From NCBI GenBank assembly GCA_944393745.1, contig CALYBD010000001.1:2372-66371 (forward strand): 64,000 bases of DNA. Direction: 5' to 3'. This DNA is from an uncultured Alphaproteobacteria bacterium (lineage in GTDB: Bacteria; Pseudomonadota; Alphaproteobacteria; CAAGCB01; CAG-977). The notes below the pieces were generated by a model that worked only from the letters and a program-made list of their open reading frames with translations, ran no database searches and was not told where the DNA came from. A program made the translations under genes and the position numbers. Each line of letters starts with the position of its first letter. Positions within the stretch are counted from its first letter, which is position 1. This document shows, piece by piece, positions 46,888 to 56,403 of the stretch.

Positions 46888-48143
46888 AGCCACGGAGCCG
46901 AACGGGTCAAAGCCAGCATGTCGTCCAGCGTCTGACGTTCTCTGATCACGGCATAATCGCTGCCGTTCACCAGAATTTCGGCACACAAAGGACGGAAATT
47001 ATAATTTGAAGCCATAGAAGCGCCGTAAGCTCCCGCCGTTTTTATAACGACCAGATCTCCTGCTTTCATGGCCGGCAATTGTCTGTCCGTGCCGAACGTA
47101 TCGCTGCTTTCGCAAATCGGACCGACAACGTCATAAGAATGATCGTTTATTCCTTCTTTTACGGCGGCAATATCGTGATAGGCTTCATAGATTGCCGGAC
47201 GGATCAAATCGTTCATACCGGCGTCCAAAACCAAAAAGCGCCTTGTTTCCGTTTGTTTTACCCGCACGACGCGGGACACCAAAACCGCCGACTGCGCCAA
47301 CAGAAAACGCCCCGGTTCAAAAACGATTTCACAATTCAGATTTCCCAAAATCCTGCCGGCCAGCGTCATATACATTTCGGGTGAAGGCGCCTGATCAATC
47401 GGTTGATAAGCGACCCCCAGCCCGCCGCCGACATCAATTGTCCGAATATCTATACCGTCATCACGCAGCGAATAAACAATTTCCGCGGCACGTTCAAAAG
47501 CGGCTTCAAACGGTTCCAGATCCAACAGCTGTGAACCGACATGCACATCTATGCCGACCGGCTGCAATCCTTTTGATTCGGAAAACAGCCGATACAAAGA
47601 ACGGGCTTTTTCCCAATCAATACCGAACTTATTTTCTTTTTTGCCGGTCGTAATTTTATAATGTGTATGCGCGTCAACATCGGGATTAATGCGCAAAGCT
47701 ATTTTTGCTTTTTTACCGGCCAGCGCCGCTATTTCGTCCAGCATCAAGGCTTCTTCTTCGGATTCGACATTAATCTGCTTTATATTATTTTCAACGGCCA
47801 GCGTTAATTCTTCCCTGGTTTTGCCGACACCGGAAAAGACGATTTTGTCCGCCGGAATTCCCGATTTCAGTGCCAGCAGCAATTCGCCGCCCGAAACAAT
47901 ATCCGCCCCGGCCCCTGCTTGAGCCAGCAGTTTCAAAACAGACGGGTTGGCATTGCTTTTAATGGCAAAACACGTCAGCGCTTGTTTTAAATGTTTCTTT
48001 GCCGCACCGTCAAAAGCCGCAAAATGATCAAGAATACCCTGCTGAGAATAAACATAAAAAGGCGTCGGAATATTTTCGGCAATATCATACAAAGCCGTGT
48101 TTTCCGCATACAGTTGTCCGTTTTGATAATGAAAGGCGTTCAT
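46884..48143 (-). CDS. lysA: Diaminopimelate decarboxylase
   Basis: TPFYVYS, FAIKSN, HVGSQ, GGGLG, EPGR, GPICESSD, AGAYG. Confidence 0.97.
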   Translation of the reverse strand: MNAFHYQNGQLYAENTALYDIAENIPTPFYVYSQQGILDHFAAFDGAAKKHLKQALTCFAIKSNANPSVLKLLAQAGAGADIVSGGELLLALKSGIPADKIVFSGVGKTREELTLAVENNIKQINVESEEEALMLDEIAALAGKKAKIALRINPDVDAHTHYKITTGKKENKFGIDWEKARSLYRLFSESKGLQPVGIDVHVGSQLLDLEPFEAAFERAAEIVYSLRDDGIDIRTIDVGGGLGVAYQPIDQAPSPEMYMTLAGRILGNLNCEIVFEPGRFLLAQSAVLVSRVVRVKQTETRRFLVLDAGMNDLIRPAIYEAYHDIAAVKEGINDHSYDVVGPICESSDTFGTDRQLPAMKAGDLVVIKTAGAYGASMASNYNFRPLCAEILVNGSDYAVIRERQTLDDMLALTRSAPWL

Positions 48144-48144
48144 T

Positions 48145-48357
48145 TTATTTTTCCGTTTCCAAAGATTCGTTTAATTCCCAGATACTTTGCGGCTGTTTTT
48201 CCGTTTTCGGTTGTGTGTCTTTTGGTGCCGGCAACGGTTCACGGCGGGCGGGATACTGACGCGGATAAGTCGTCCCCGGCGGGAAATCCAACTTTCCCCG
48301 TTTGCCGCACCCGGTCAGACAAACAACACACAACAAAACACTGACGATTATTTTCAT
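48145..48357 (-). CDS. Small lipoprotein, LptM/YifL family
   Basis: LTG-CGKRGKL..PP upstream of lysA. Confidence 0.8.
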   Translation of the reverse strand: MKIIVSVLLCVVCLTGCGKRGKLDFPPGTTYPRQYPARREPLPAPKDTQPKTEKQPQSIWELNESLETEK

Positions 48358-48454
48358 AATTAAAGTGTCTCCTTTTCAGCCCCGCTCAGAATAGCAACTG
48401 TTAAAAACTTATTCACCCTTTTTTTTTATTTCAAAAAAATGATATTCTGAAAAA

Positions 48455-49165
48455 ATGAACAAGAAAATACGTCTGTTTATTTTTTATCTGATATTGGGGG
48501 GACTGGCGCCGCTGACGGCAGGCGCGCAGACCACGGGACGCGTTTCGATCAGAAACGTTTTGGCGCCGCAGACTTTTAAACTTTACCCGCGTCCTATTTT
48601 GGCACCGACGGCATCTTTTATGAATGACAAAGGCGAAGAAGTCTCTTTGCGCGATTTCCGCGGAAAAATTATTTTAATGAACATCTGGTCAACCTCGTGC
48701 ACCCAATGTGTGATTGAACTGCCGATGTTGGATCGGTTGCAAAAAGATATGGGCGGCATGAAATTTCAGGTCATCGCGTTATCGTCGGATCTGGAACCTT
48801 TGCCTGTTTTGCGCCGTTTTTGGGTCAACCGGGGGATAAAACATCTGAAGATTTATTCCGATCCGCAGGCGCGTTTTTCCCATGCCGCCGGCGTAAAAGG
48901 ATTGCCGACGACTTTTTTAATTGATGAGGAAGGACGCGAAGTCGGCCGAATCCGCGGTATTGTTGAATGGGACGGCCCTAAGATCAAGGCGCAGATCCGC
49001 GATTTAATCCGTGCCGCCAAAGAAAAAGCCGCCCGGAAAGCCCAAGAAAAAGCTTCAGAAACGCAACAGATGCCGCCTGTTGAACAAAAACGTTCCGATC
49101 CTGCGGAGTCTGTTCCGCCGCCGCCCGTCCGTTTAAAAGAAGAAATGCAAAGCTGGTTTAAATAG
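48455..49165 (+). CDS. TlpA-family thiol:disulfide oxidoreductase
   Basis: L.DFRGK...NIWSTSCTQC..ELP.LDRL, GLPTTFLID. Confidence 0.9.
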   Translation: MNKKIRLFIFYLILGGLAPLTAGAQTTGRVSIRNVLAPQTFKLYPRPILAPTASFMNDKGEEVSLRDFRGKIILMNIWSTSCTQCVIELPMLDRLQKDMGGMKFQVIALSSDLEPLPVLRRFWVNRGIKHLKIYSDPQARFSHAAGVKGLPTTFLIDEEGREVGRIRGIVEWDGPKIKAQIRDLIRAAKEKAARKAQEKASETQQMPPVEQKRSDPAESVPPPPVRLKEEMQSWFK

Positions 49166-49262
49166 CTTAAGGAAACCTTGTCTTTTTAAAAAAAGCTTGA
49201 TTCTGCCGTAAAAAGAGATACAAAGGGCTTGCTGATACAGCGCCAGAACAGGAGGCTCCCTT

Positions 49263-49739
49263 ATGACCAAACCGCGCTATTTAACGATTTCCTGGGAACA
49301 ATTCCACAGCGATGCCCGAACACTGGCATCAAAGCTTATCAATCGTAAAGATTTAAATAAAATTATCTGCGTTACCCGTGGCGGTCTTTTCCCCGCGGCC
49401 GTTTTGGCCAGAGAATTGGAAATCCGCTGGATCGACACAATCTGTGTTGTCGGCTATGACGAAGAATCCCGCGGCAGTCATGCCTCTTTGCTGAAAGTCC
49501 CCGAAACGGACGGCGAAGGCGTTCTGGTCGTAGATGACCTGGTTGATTCCGGCAGAACCGGACGCATTATCCGTGAACTGATGCCGAAAGCATATTTTGT
49601 TACCATGTATGCCAAACCCAAAGGACAAGAAGTCGTTGACGATTTCGTTCTTCCCGTTGATCAGGACACATGGATTTTATTCCCTTGGGAAGCAGAGCTG
49701 TCTCCGGCTTCTCCTCTGGTTCGGCGTCAAAAAGAATAA
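49263..49739 (+). CDS. gpt: Xanthine-guanine phosphoribosyltransferase
   Basis: SWEQFH.D.R.LA, VTRGGL.P, LVVDDLVDSG.T, YAKP, DTWI.FPW. Confidence 0.93.
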   Translation: MTKPRYLTISWEQFHSDARTLASKLINRKDLNKIICVTRGGLFPAAVLARELEIRWIDTICVVGYDEESRGSHASLLKVPETDGEGVLVVDDLVDSGRTGRIIRELMPKAYFVTMYAKPKGQEVVDDFVLPVDQDTWILFPWEAELSPASPLVRRQKE

Positions 49740-49787
49740 AGTTAAACTTTACTCTTTATAAAAGAGAACGCTGAAAAAAGAATTCCC

Positions 49788-49803
49788 TGTGATTTCAGTC
49801 ACA
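49788..49803. promoter_or_regulatory. Perfect CRP-family consensus box
   Basis: TGTGA-TTTCAG-TCACA between convergent gpt and pssA. Confidence 0.45.
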
Positions 49804-49896
49804 CTTTTGTTGTTCTTTTTCAGGCCGGATATTTTTTTGGATCAAAGATTTTTGTTTTCAGAATCGCCTGTTTCTTTATGGCAACGTTTTAAATAA

Positions 49897-49923
49897 AAAG
49901 AGCCGAAAAATTTTCGGCTCTTT
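49897..49923. terminator. Bidirectional terminator
   Basis: AAAGAGCCGAAAA-A-TTTTCGGCTCTTT. Confidence 0.8.
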
Positions 49924-49926
49924 CTT

Positions 49927-50721
49927 TTATTTTTCAAATTCCGGCTCTTTTTTTTCAGCCTGCTTATGTTCTTCTTTAGCTTTTAATTTTAAAAAGATGA
50001 CGGAAGAACACGGAATGCTGAGCAAATAAATAATAAATGTCGTACTGACCGTCAGCCAGGGTTTATATACCAAAGCGCCGGCATAAAAACCGGCCAAAGC
50101 CAACACGGCAACGACGAAACGGACCGGGACGCGGAAATGCTTTAAAGAAACCGTTGGCAAACGGGAAGCCATTAAAAAAGCGCTGATAAACAGAAAAGCT
50201 TCAACAAACGGACCGCTGCGAAAGATTTCATTTCTGCTGTGAAAATACAGCATAATCGGCACCAAAGCCACATAGGCACCCCCCGGAGCCGGCAGACCGA
50301 CAAAGAAATGTTTCCAATATGGCGGCTGCGGTTCTTCGTCCAGCATAATATTGAACCGCGCCAAACGCAAAGCACAGCAAATCGGAACCAGCAAAGCAAA
50401 AATCCAGCCGACCGGCGATGTCGTTCCCAAGGCCCAGAAATACATCAATAATCCCGGTGCAACACCGAAACACACGACATCGGATAAGGAATCCAATTCC
50501 GCGCCGAAATCGGAAGTTCCGCGCAACATACGTGCGACACGGCCGTCCAACGCATCAAAAACGGACGCGACCAAAATGGAAAAAACGGCAAATTCGAATT
50601 TTCCTTCCATAGCGAAACGAATTGATGTCACGCCGGACGACAAAGCAAACAATGTCACCAAATTAGGGGCAATGCGATTTAACGGCAAATCTTTAATCCG
50701 TTTACGGGAATCCTTCAGCAT
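49927..50721 (-). CDS. pssA: CDP-diacylglycerol--serine O-phosphatidyltransferase
   Basis: PNLVT, DALDGRVAR, FGAELDSLSD...FGVAP, LRLARFN, FVGLPAP. Confidence 0.94.
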   Translation of the reverse strand: MLKDSRKRIKDLPLNRIAPNLVTLFALSSGVTSIRFAMEGKFEFAVFSILVASVFDALDGRVARMLRGTSDFGAELDSLSDVVCFGVAPGLLMYFWALGTTSPVGWIFALLVPICCALRLARFNIMLDEEPQPPYWKHFFVGLPAPGGAYVALVPIMLYFHSRNEIFRSGPFVEAFLFISAFLMASRLPTVSLKHFRVPVRFVVAVLALAGFYAGALVYKPWLTVSTTFIIYLLSIPCSSVIFLKLKAKEEHKQAEKKEPEFEK

Positions 50722-50722
50722 T

Positions 50723-51430
50723 TCAGCTTATTTCTCCTTTACGGGCGGGTCCTGAAACGGACATATCAGCCAGAATTGTTTCCCCGGCAACGGCTGTTTG
50801 GCCTTCCAGCACCAACGGTGCAATGCCTTTGGGCAGATAAACGTCCAACCGACTGCCGAAACGAATTAATCCGAACCGTTCGCCGGCTTTTAACTGATCA
50901 CCTTCTTTGACAAAAGTCAAAATGCGGCGGGCAACCAATCCCGCGATCTGAACAAAAGCAATCTTGTGTCCCGTCACGGTTTCCATTGCCAGTTCCTGAC
51001 GTTCATTGTTTTCGCTTTCTTTATCCAAAGAAACATCAACAAACGCCCCGGGCCGATAAAACATTTTCGTAATTTTTCCGGCCATCGGCGCCCGGTTGAC
51101 ATGCACACTGAAAACGCTCATAAAAATGCTGATTCGTGTCATCGGTTCTTCGCCGATTTCCAGTTCTTTGGGCGGAACAACTTCGGCAATAGCGCTGACA
51201 ATACCGTCTGCCGGAGATAAAACCAGCGATTCTCCTTCGGGAATGGCTCGGCGCGGATCGCGGAAAAAGAAATAACACCACACCGTTAAAACCAGGCAAA
51301 TCACCCCGACCGGTTTAAACAACATCCACATCAAAGCGGTTACGGCGGCAAAGACACCGACAAACCGCCAGCCTTCCGAATGAATCGGAGGAAGGATAAA
51401 ACGGCGCCAGGATAAATCAACTCGGGACAT
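50723..51430 (-). CDS. psd: Phosphatidylserine decarboxylase proenzyme
   Basis: FFRDP, SPADG, HVNRAP, QIAGLVARRI, IRFGSR cleavage site. Confidence 0.95.
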   Translation of the reverse strand: MSRVDLSWRRFILPPIHSEGWRFVGVFAAVTALMWMLFKPVGVICLVLTVWCYFFFRDPRRAIPEGESLVLSPADGIVSAIAEVVPPKELEIGEEPMTRISIFMSVFSVHVNRAPMAGKITKMFYRPGAFVDVSLDKESENNERQELAMETVTGHKIAFVQIAGLVARRILTFVKEGDQLKAGERFGLIRFGSRLDVYLPKGIAPLVLEGQTAVAGETILADMSVSGPARKGEIS

Positions 51431-51508
51431 TCGGAACTCCTTTTACATAATTGATGATGTATTTGTAAGCCAACCTTTCAAAAGAAAAAAGCTTTTTTTG
51501 CCGCCTTT

Positions 51509-52546
51509 TTATTTTTCGGGATTTGCCGGCAGGACAAAGACCTGGTTCGGATAAATCAGATCCGGATCCTTAATTTGATTTTTGTTTGCCTGATAAATCG
51601 TGACATAAGCAAATCCCGTACCGTATAAATGCTTGGCAATTTTCCACAAACAATCGCCTTTGACAACACGGATCCGGCGACGTTTTTCTTCTTCAAGTCC
51701 TTTTTCGATTTCGAACGGGACTTCGACACGGGCCGTCACTTTCCCCTTTAAATCCACCTTATCCGCGCGAATCAGATATTTACGTCCGGGTTCTAATTTC
51801 CTGGGAACACGCAAGGACCAATTCCCGGCCTGCGCCCATATGTTGCCCAAGAACAAATTATCCGCATATAAATTAATGCGCCCGTCTTCGCTGACGGTTC
51901 CCTGTACGACAAAAGCTTCATTGACATAATTAACAGAGCGTATATCGATATCCACGCGCACCTGGGGCACCGGTGCCTGCAGCACATCGACCTGTTCGGC
52001 ATCGGGGGACATGATTACCGCCAAAGCCTCTTCGGTATTTTGAGGTTCCGGAACATTAACGACAACGACTTCGGATTCGTCACGGGAATTCATCGATTCA
52101 TCGCGCAGCCATATTTCATGCGTTCCGCTGACAAGCGGTTCGGAGGGGATATAAACCCATTCCCCGTTTTCATTCACCGTAAATTCACTTAGAACGCTTT
52201 CGCCGTCCATCAAAGAAACAACGGCGCCGGCTTCACCTTTTCCGGCGGCGATCATGCTGCCGTCCTTTTCGACTCGGACAATATCGAACGTTGCTTTTAA
52301 TTTCGGTTCTGCCGGCAGTGTTTCCTCGCCCGTTTCGGCGGGACTGTTTTGCTCTGACATTATTTGTTCGTCAACAGGCGACTGATCGTCAAAATCCGGC
52401 GGCGTTAAATCTGTTTTTTGTTCCGAAACAGCCGGTTCGTCCGTAAAGGGAAGGGCCTGTTTTTCCCCGGAATCCGGATAAAAAGCAAAGATTAAAAGCA
52501 GAACGATAAAAAGAACAGCCACGGCAACGGCGGTATTTTTTTTCAC
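51509..52546 (-). CDS. LysM peptidoglycan-binding protein with Ig-like domains
   Basis: TM anchor, FDIVRVE.DG, GEWV..P, V.KGDCLW.IA..YG.G..Y..IY.AN..QIKDPDLIYPNQ. Confidence 0.9.
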   Translation of the reverse strand: MKKNTAVAVAVLFIVLLLIFAFYPDSGEKQALPFTDEPAVSEQKTDLTPPDFDDQSPVDEQIMSEQNSPAETGEETLPAEPKLKATFDIVRVEKDGSMIAAGKGEAGAVVSLMDGESVLSEFTVNENGEWVYIPSEPLVSGTHEIWLRDESMNSRDESEVVVVNVPEPQNTEEALAVIMSPDAEQVDVLQAPVPQVRVDIDIRSVNYVNEAFVVQGTVSEDGRINLYADNLFLGNIWAQAGNWSLRVPRKLEPGRKYLIRADKVDLKGKVTARVEVPFEIEKGLEEEKRRRIRVVKGDCLWKIAKHLYGTGFAYVTIYQANKNQIKDPDLIYPNQVFVLPANPEK

Positions 52547-52585
52547 GATGACACCCAGAAAAAATAAAAAAAAGACAAAACCCTC

Positions 52586-52614
52586 TTGCAGTATATCAAA
52601 CTTCGCGCTATAAG
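52586..52614 (+). promoter_or_regulatory. Sigma70-type promoter of tRNA-Pro
   Basis: TTGCAG, 17-nt spacer, TATAAG. Confidence 0.6.
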
Positions 52615-52628
52615 CAATAACACTTATT

Positions 52629-52705
52629 CGGAGTGTAGCTCAGCTTGGTAGAGCACTACGTTCGGGACGTAGGGGCCGGAGGTTCAAATCCTCTCACTCC
52701 GACCA
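52629..52705 (+). tRNA. tRNA-Pro (anticodon CGG)
   Basis: CGGAGTG...CACTCCG-A-CCA acceptor stem; CTACG-TTCGGGA-CGTAG anticodon arm; GGTTCAAATCC T arm; 77 nt. Confidence 0.97.
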
Positions 52706-53010
52706 TTATAAAAAACCACCTTTCGGGGTGGTTTTTTTATAATATATTTTGAATCGGATTTGAACCGGAGAAGGAGGTTCGGCCGAAGCAAAGCGAAGGC
52801 AACGCCGGATACGGCGGCCCGTCAGGGCGAACAACGTGAGTAAATCCTCTCACTCCGACCATTATAAAAAAACCACCTTTCGGGGTGGTTTTTTTATAAT
52901 ATATTTGAATCGGATTTGAACCGAAGAAGGAGGTTCGGCTGAAGCAAAGCGAAGGCAACGCCGGATACGGCGGCCCGTCAGGACGAGCAGTGCGCGTAAA
53001 TCCTCTTACT
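52686..53010 (+). repeat. tRNA-linked tandem repeats, 156-bp period (2 full + partial third)
   Basis: AAATCCTCT recurs at 52686, 52842 and 52998. Each unit has the tRNA 3' 20 nt, a terminator hairpin, GGATTTGAACC and GC-rich hairpins. Confidence 0.92.
52709..52739 (+). terminator. Terminator after tRNA-Pro (duplicated in the second repeat unit)
   Basis: AAAAAACCACCT-TTCG-GGGTGGTTTTTTT. Confidence 0.85.
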
Positions 53011-53038
53011 GTGTCCGAATCAGATAAGACAGATCTGA

Positions 53039-53935
53039 TCAACGATCGGCAAATTCTTTTTGTACCGCCGTTAAAAAAGCTTTGGCTGCCGGGGAGAAAA
53101 CCTGATACTTTTTCCACACAATATCCAGTCCGGATTCCAAAGCGGGATCCAACGGACGAAAACAAACACTGCCGCCGTTTCTGATATTAATCAGCTTATC
53201 CAACGTCAAAGCATAGCCGATCCCCTGTTCAACCAGCATGACGGCATTAAAAAGCAGATTATACGTCGCCGTAATATTCAATTTTTCAAAATCACTGCCG
53301 AACCAGTTTAAAAATCCGTTATAAGCCGGCGTTTTCTGAACCGTTTGCCGGGAAAGAATCAACGGCAAACTCAATAAATCCTGACGGGTAATACTTTTTT
53401 TGCGAGCTAAAGGACTGTTTTTTGGCATAATTACGCCCCAAACATCTTTATGCGGTAAATTTATGACGTGATATTTCGACAGATCCGTCGGCTGAATCAA
53501 AAGCCCGAAATCCAACAGCCCCTTATCCAAACGTTCGGTAACGTCCTGAGCATTACCGCTGTACAAATGACAGCGAATACCGGGATATTCTTCCCGTAAA
53601 TTTCCGATCACTTTTGCGATCAGCCGCATACCGTCGGTTTCCCCGCTGCCGATATAAATTTCTCCGCCGACAGTTTGTTCCATACTGTCAAATTCCGCTT
53701 TGGTTTTGGAAACCATATCAACGATTTCTTCGGCACGACGGCGCAAAATCATTCCCTCCGCCGTCAAAGAAACACTGTGGCTGCCCCGGATCAACAGCTG
53801 CTGCCCCAATTCTGCCTCTAATTCCCTGATCTGACGGGAAAGTGTCGGTTGCGTCACATTTAAAAACGCAGCGGCTCCTGTAAAACTGCCTTCTTTGGCA
53901 ACGGTCAAAAAATAACGTAAAACCCGGATTTCCAT
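53039..53935 (-). CDS. LysR-family transcriptional regulator
   Basis: Start MEIRVLRYFL at 53935; FT.AA..L.VTQPTLSRQI.ELE.ELG. Confidence 0.95.
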   Translation of the reverse strand: MEIRVLRYFLTVAKEGSFTGAAAFLNVTQPTLSRQIRELEAELGQQLLIRGSHSVSLTAEGMILRRRAEEIVDMVSKTKAEFDSMEQTVGGEIYIGSGETDGMRLIAKVIGNLREEYPGIRCHLYSGNAQDVTERLDKGLLDFGLLIQPTDLSKYHVINLPHKDVWGVIMPKNSPLARKKSITRQDLLSLPLILSRQTVQKTPAYNGFLNWFGSDFEKLNITATYNLLFNAVMLVEQGIGYALTLDKLINIRNGGSVCFRPLDPALESGLDIVWKKYQVFSPAAKAFLTAVQKEFADR

Positions 53936-54135
53936 ATTTTTATCTTTTCGCGTCCCTTGCGTTTCCCATGATATGCTTATAAAACATAATATATCATTCA
54001 TTATAAGTATTTGCTATTTTTATTGAAAGTTTTATTCTTAAATTATACGTTTTTCGGAATATGAAAAAACAAATGCCACAACGTTTGCCGTATTCTGTGC
54101 TATGCACAGCAGACCTTTGCCAGGAGAGGTTCAAA

Positions 54136-55128
54136 ATGAACAGAAGAGATTTTTGTAAATTATCTGCCGGCGCCGCCGTTGCCGGAATTTTGGGAAATAC
54201 TTTAAAGATTAAACCGTCTTTCGCACAGACGCCGGAAAAAACAAAAGCATCAGACACCGAACAGCAAACCGATTCGGAAAAAGACAAGCCGATTGTTTAT
54301 TTTTCGCGGGAAATTACGCCGGAAAGCCTTTTAAAACTTTACGCAAAAATCAATCAAAACATTACGGGGAAAACAGCCCTTAAGCTGCATACCGGCGAAC
54401 CCAACGGTCCCAATTTGTTGCCCCGAGAGCTTGCAAAAGCGTTGCAGGCTCAGATTCCCGACAGCACGATTGTCGAATGCAATGTTTTATACGACAGTCC
54501 GCGCCAAAATACAGAAGGACATCTGGAAACCTTAAAAATAAACGGTTGGACATTTTGCCCGGTAGACATCATGGACGCCGACGGTGACGTCAATTTGCCG
54601 ATTATCGGCGGAAAACATTTAAAAGAAGTCGCTGTCGGAAAGAATATCAAAAATTATGAATCCATGGTGGTCTACACACACTTTAAAGGTCATGCCATGG
54701 GCGGATTCGGCGGGTCTTTGAAAAATATTGCCATCGGATGCGCTTCCGGTAAAACGGGCAAAGCTCAGCTGCACGGCGAAGGCTGGCCGATCGGAAAAGA
54801 ATTTTTGGAAAGAATGGTTGAAGGCGGAAAAGCCGTCTGTGATCATTTCGGTAAAAAAATCACTTATATTAACGTGCTGAAAAATATTTCGGTTGATTGC
54901 GATTGTGATGCTCACGGCGCAAAGCCGACCTGCCCGGATATCGGGATTTTGGCCTCTGCCGACATATTGGCAATTGATCAGGCTTGTATTGATTTGGTTT
55001 ATGCTCTGCCCGAAAAAGACAACCATGATATTGTCGAACGAATCGAATCCCGTGAAGGGTTGCATCAGTTGGAATACATGGACGAATTAAAGATGGGCAG
55101 CAGAAAATATACCCTAATTGAAGTCTGA
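54136..55128 (+). CDS. DUF362-family Fe-S protein with Tat signal
   Basis: MNRRDFCK after RBS AGGAGAGG; KLHTGE, THFKGH.MGGFGGSLKNIAIG, CDC, S.D.LAIDQAC. Confidence 0.85.
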   Translation: MNRRDFCKLSAGAAVAGILGNTLKIKPSFAQTPEKTKASDTEQQTDSEKDKPIVYFSREITPESLLKLYAKINQNITGKTALKLHTGEPNGPNLLPRELAKALQAQIPDSTIVECNVLYDSPRQNTEGHLETLKINGWTFCPVDIMDADGDVNLPIIGGKHLKEVAVGKNIKNYESMVVYTHFKGHAMGGFGGSLKNIAIGCASGKTGKAQLHGEGWPIGKEFLERMVEGGKAVCDHFGKKITYINVLKNISVDCDCDAHGAKPTCPDIGILASADILAIDQACIDLVYALPEKDNHDIVERIESREGLHQLEYMDELKMGSRKYTLIEV

Positions 55129-55130
55129 TA

Positions 55131-56375
55131 ATGAACCGCAGAAAATTTTTAGGAACAACTCTTTCTGCCGCCGCTTTAACAGTGCTGGGACGTTTCGGAG
55201 CACAGGCCGACGAGGCGGCAGAGAAGAGAATTAACCTTCCGAAAACAAATACGGCCGAAAAGAAAATGCAAATGATTTATCGCCCGTTGGGGAAAACAGG
55301 AAAATCCGTCAGCGTCATCGCTTTGGGGATTGAAGGATTTCGATACAAATCCGCTCAGCAAACCAAAGAAATGATTGATTTTGCTTTTGAAAACGGCATC
55401 AATTTCATTGACGTTTGCTTATCGGATCCCGTGCTGCTGAATAATTTAAAGCACGCCATCGCCAACAGGCGGGATCAATTCGTTATCCAGGGACATATCG
55501 GAACCATTTGGGAAAACGGACAGTATCGCCGCAGCCGGGATTTACAGGCTTCCAAAGCCGCTTATGCCCGTATGCTGGACGCTTTTGGCGGCAGGACAGA
55601 TGTCGGGATGATTCATTATGTTGATGACGAAAACGATTTTGACCGACTGTTTGGCGCAGGAATCATCGATTACGCCATGCAATTAAAAAATGACGGCAAA
55701 ATCGGAGCAATCGGAATCAGCACGCACAGTCCGTTGATCGGACGCAAAGCCGTTGAATCCGGAATCATTGACGTCATTATGTTTTCTGCCAATCTGGGGT
55801 ACGATTTAAATCCCGAAAAGAACGAAATTCAATATGACAAAGATCGTCTGGACTTTTACGAGCTGTGCGCCCGCAAAAACATTGCCATTGATGTGATGAA
55901 ACCTTACGGCGGCGGAAATTTGCTGAACGCGGATATCTCTCCGTTCGGAAAGGCTTTTACCCCTGTACAGGCGCTTCATTACGTCTTAACGCGTCCGGGG
56001 GTCGCCGCGGCAATGGTCGGCTGTCAGAATATTGATCAGATTGCTCAGGCATTGGCCTGGTGCACGGCTTCGCCCGAACAAAAAGACTATGCCCGTGAAT
56101 TTCATGAAATTAATGCCAAATCCTGGATCGGACATTGTTTGTACTGCGGACATTGCGCCCCTTGTCCTCAAAATATCAATATTGCCGATGTCAATAAATA
56201 TCTGAATTTGGCTTTGGCTCAGACGGAAATTCCGTTGACCGTCAAAGATCACTACCGATTGTTAAAACATCATGCCGGAGAATGTATCCGATGCGGTGTG
56301 TGCGAAATGCGTTGTCCGTTTCGCGTATCCGTGCGTGAAAAGATGCAACAGGCCGTTAAGGTTTTCGGCTATTAA
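55131..56375 (+). CDS. Aldo/keto reductase with C-terminal 4Fe-4S dicluster and Tat-like signal
   Basis: MNRRKFL; YRPLGKTG..VS; MKPYGGG; CLYCGHCAPCP and CIRCGVCEMRCP. Confidence 0.9.
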   Translation: MNRRKFLGTTLSAAALTVLGRFGAQADEAAEKRINLPKTNTAEKKMQMIYRPLGKTGKSVSVIALGIEGFRYKSAQQTKEMIDFAFENGINFIDVCLSDPVLLNNLKHAIANRRDQFVIQGHIGTIWENGQYRRSRDLQASKAAYARMLDAFGGRTDVGMIHYVDDENDFDRLFGAGIIDYAMQLKNDGKIGAIGISTHSPLIGRKAVESGIIDVIMFSANLGYDLNPEKNEIQYDKDRLDFYELCARKNIAIDVMKPYGGGNLLNADISPFGKAFTPVQALHYVLTRPGVAAAMVGCQNIDQIAQALAWCTASPEQKDYAREFHEINAKSWIGHCLYCGHCAPCPQNINIADVNKYLNLALAQTEIPLTVKDHYRLLKHHAGECIRCGVCEMRCPFRVSVREKMQQAVKVFGY

Positions 56376-56403
56376 TGCTCTCTTTTAAAAACAGGAGATT
56401 GAA

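Noticed and set aside
52686-53010. Repeats after tRNA-Pro as a CRISPR array
   Set aside because: Whole 156-bp units are near-identical with no unique spacers, and there are no cas genes.
52737-53165. 142-aa minus-strand ORF with an internal repeat
   Set aside because: Translation of the tRNA-linked repeats; overlaps the LysR end in another frame.
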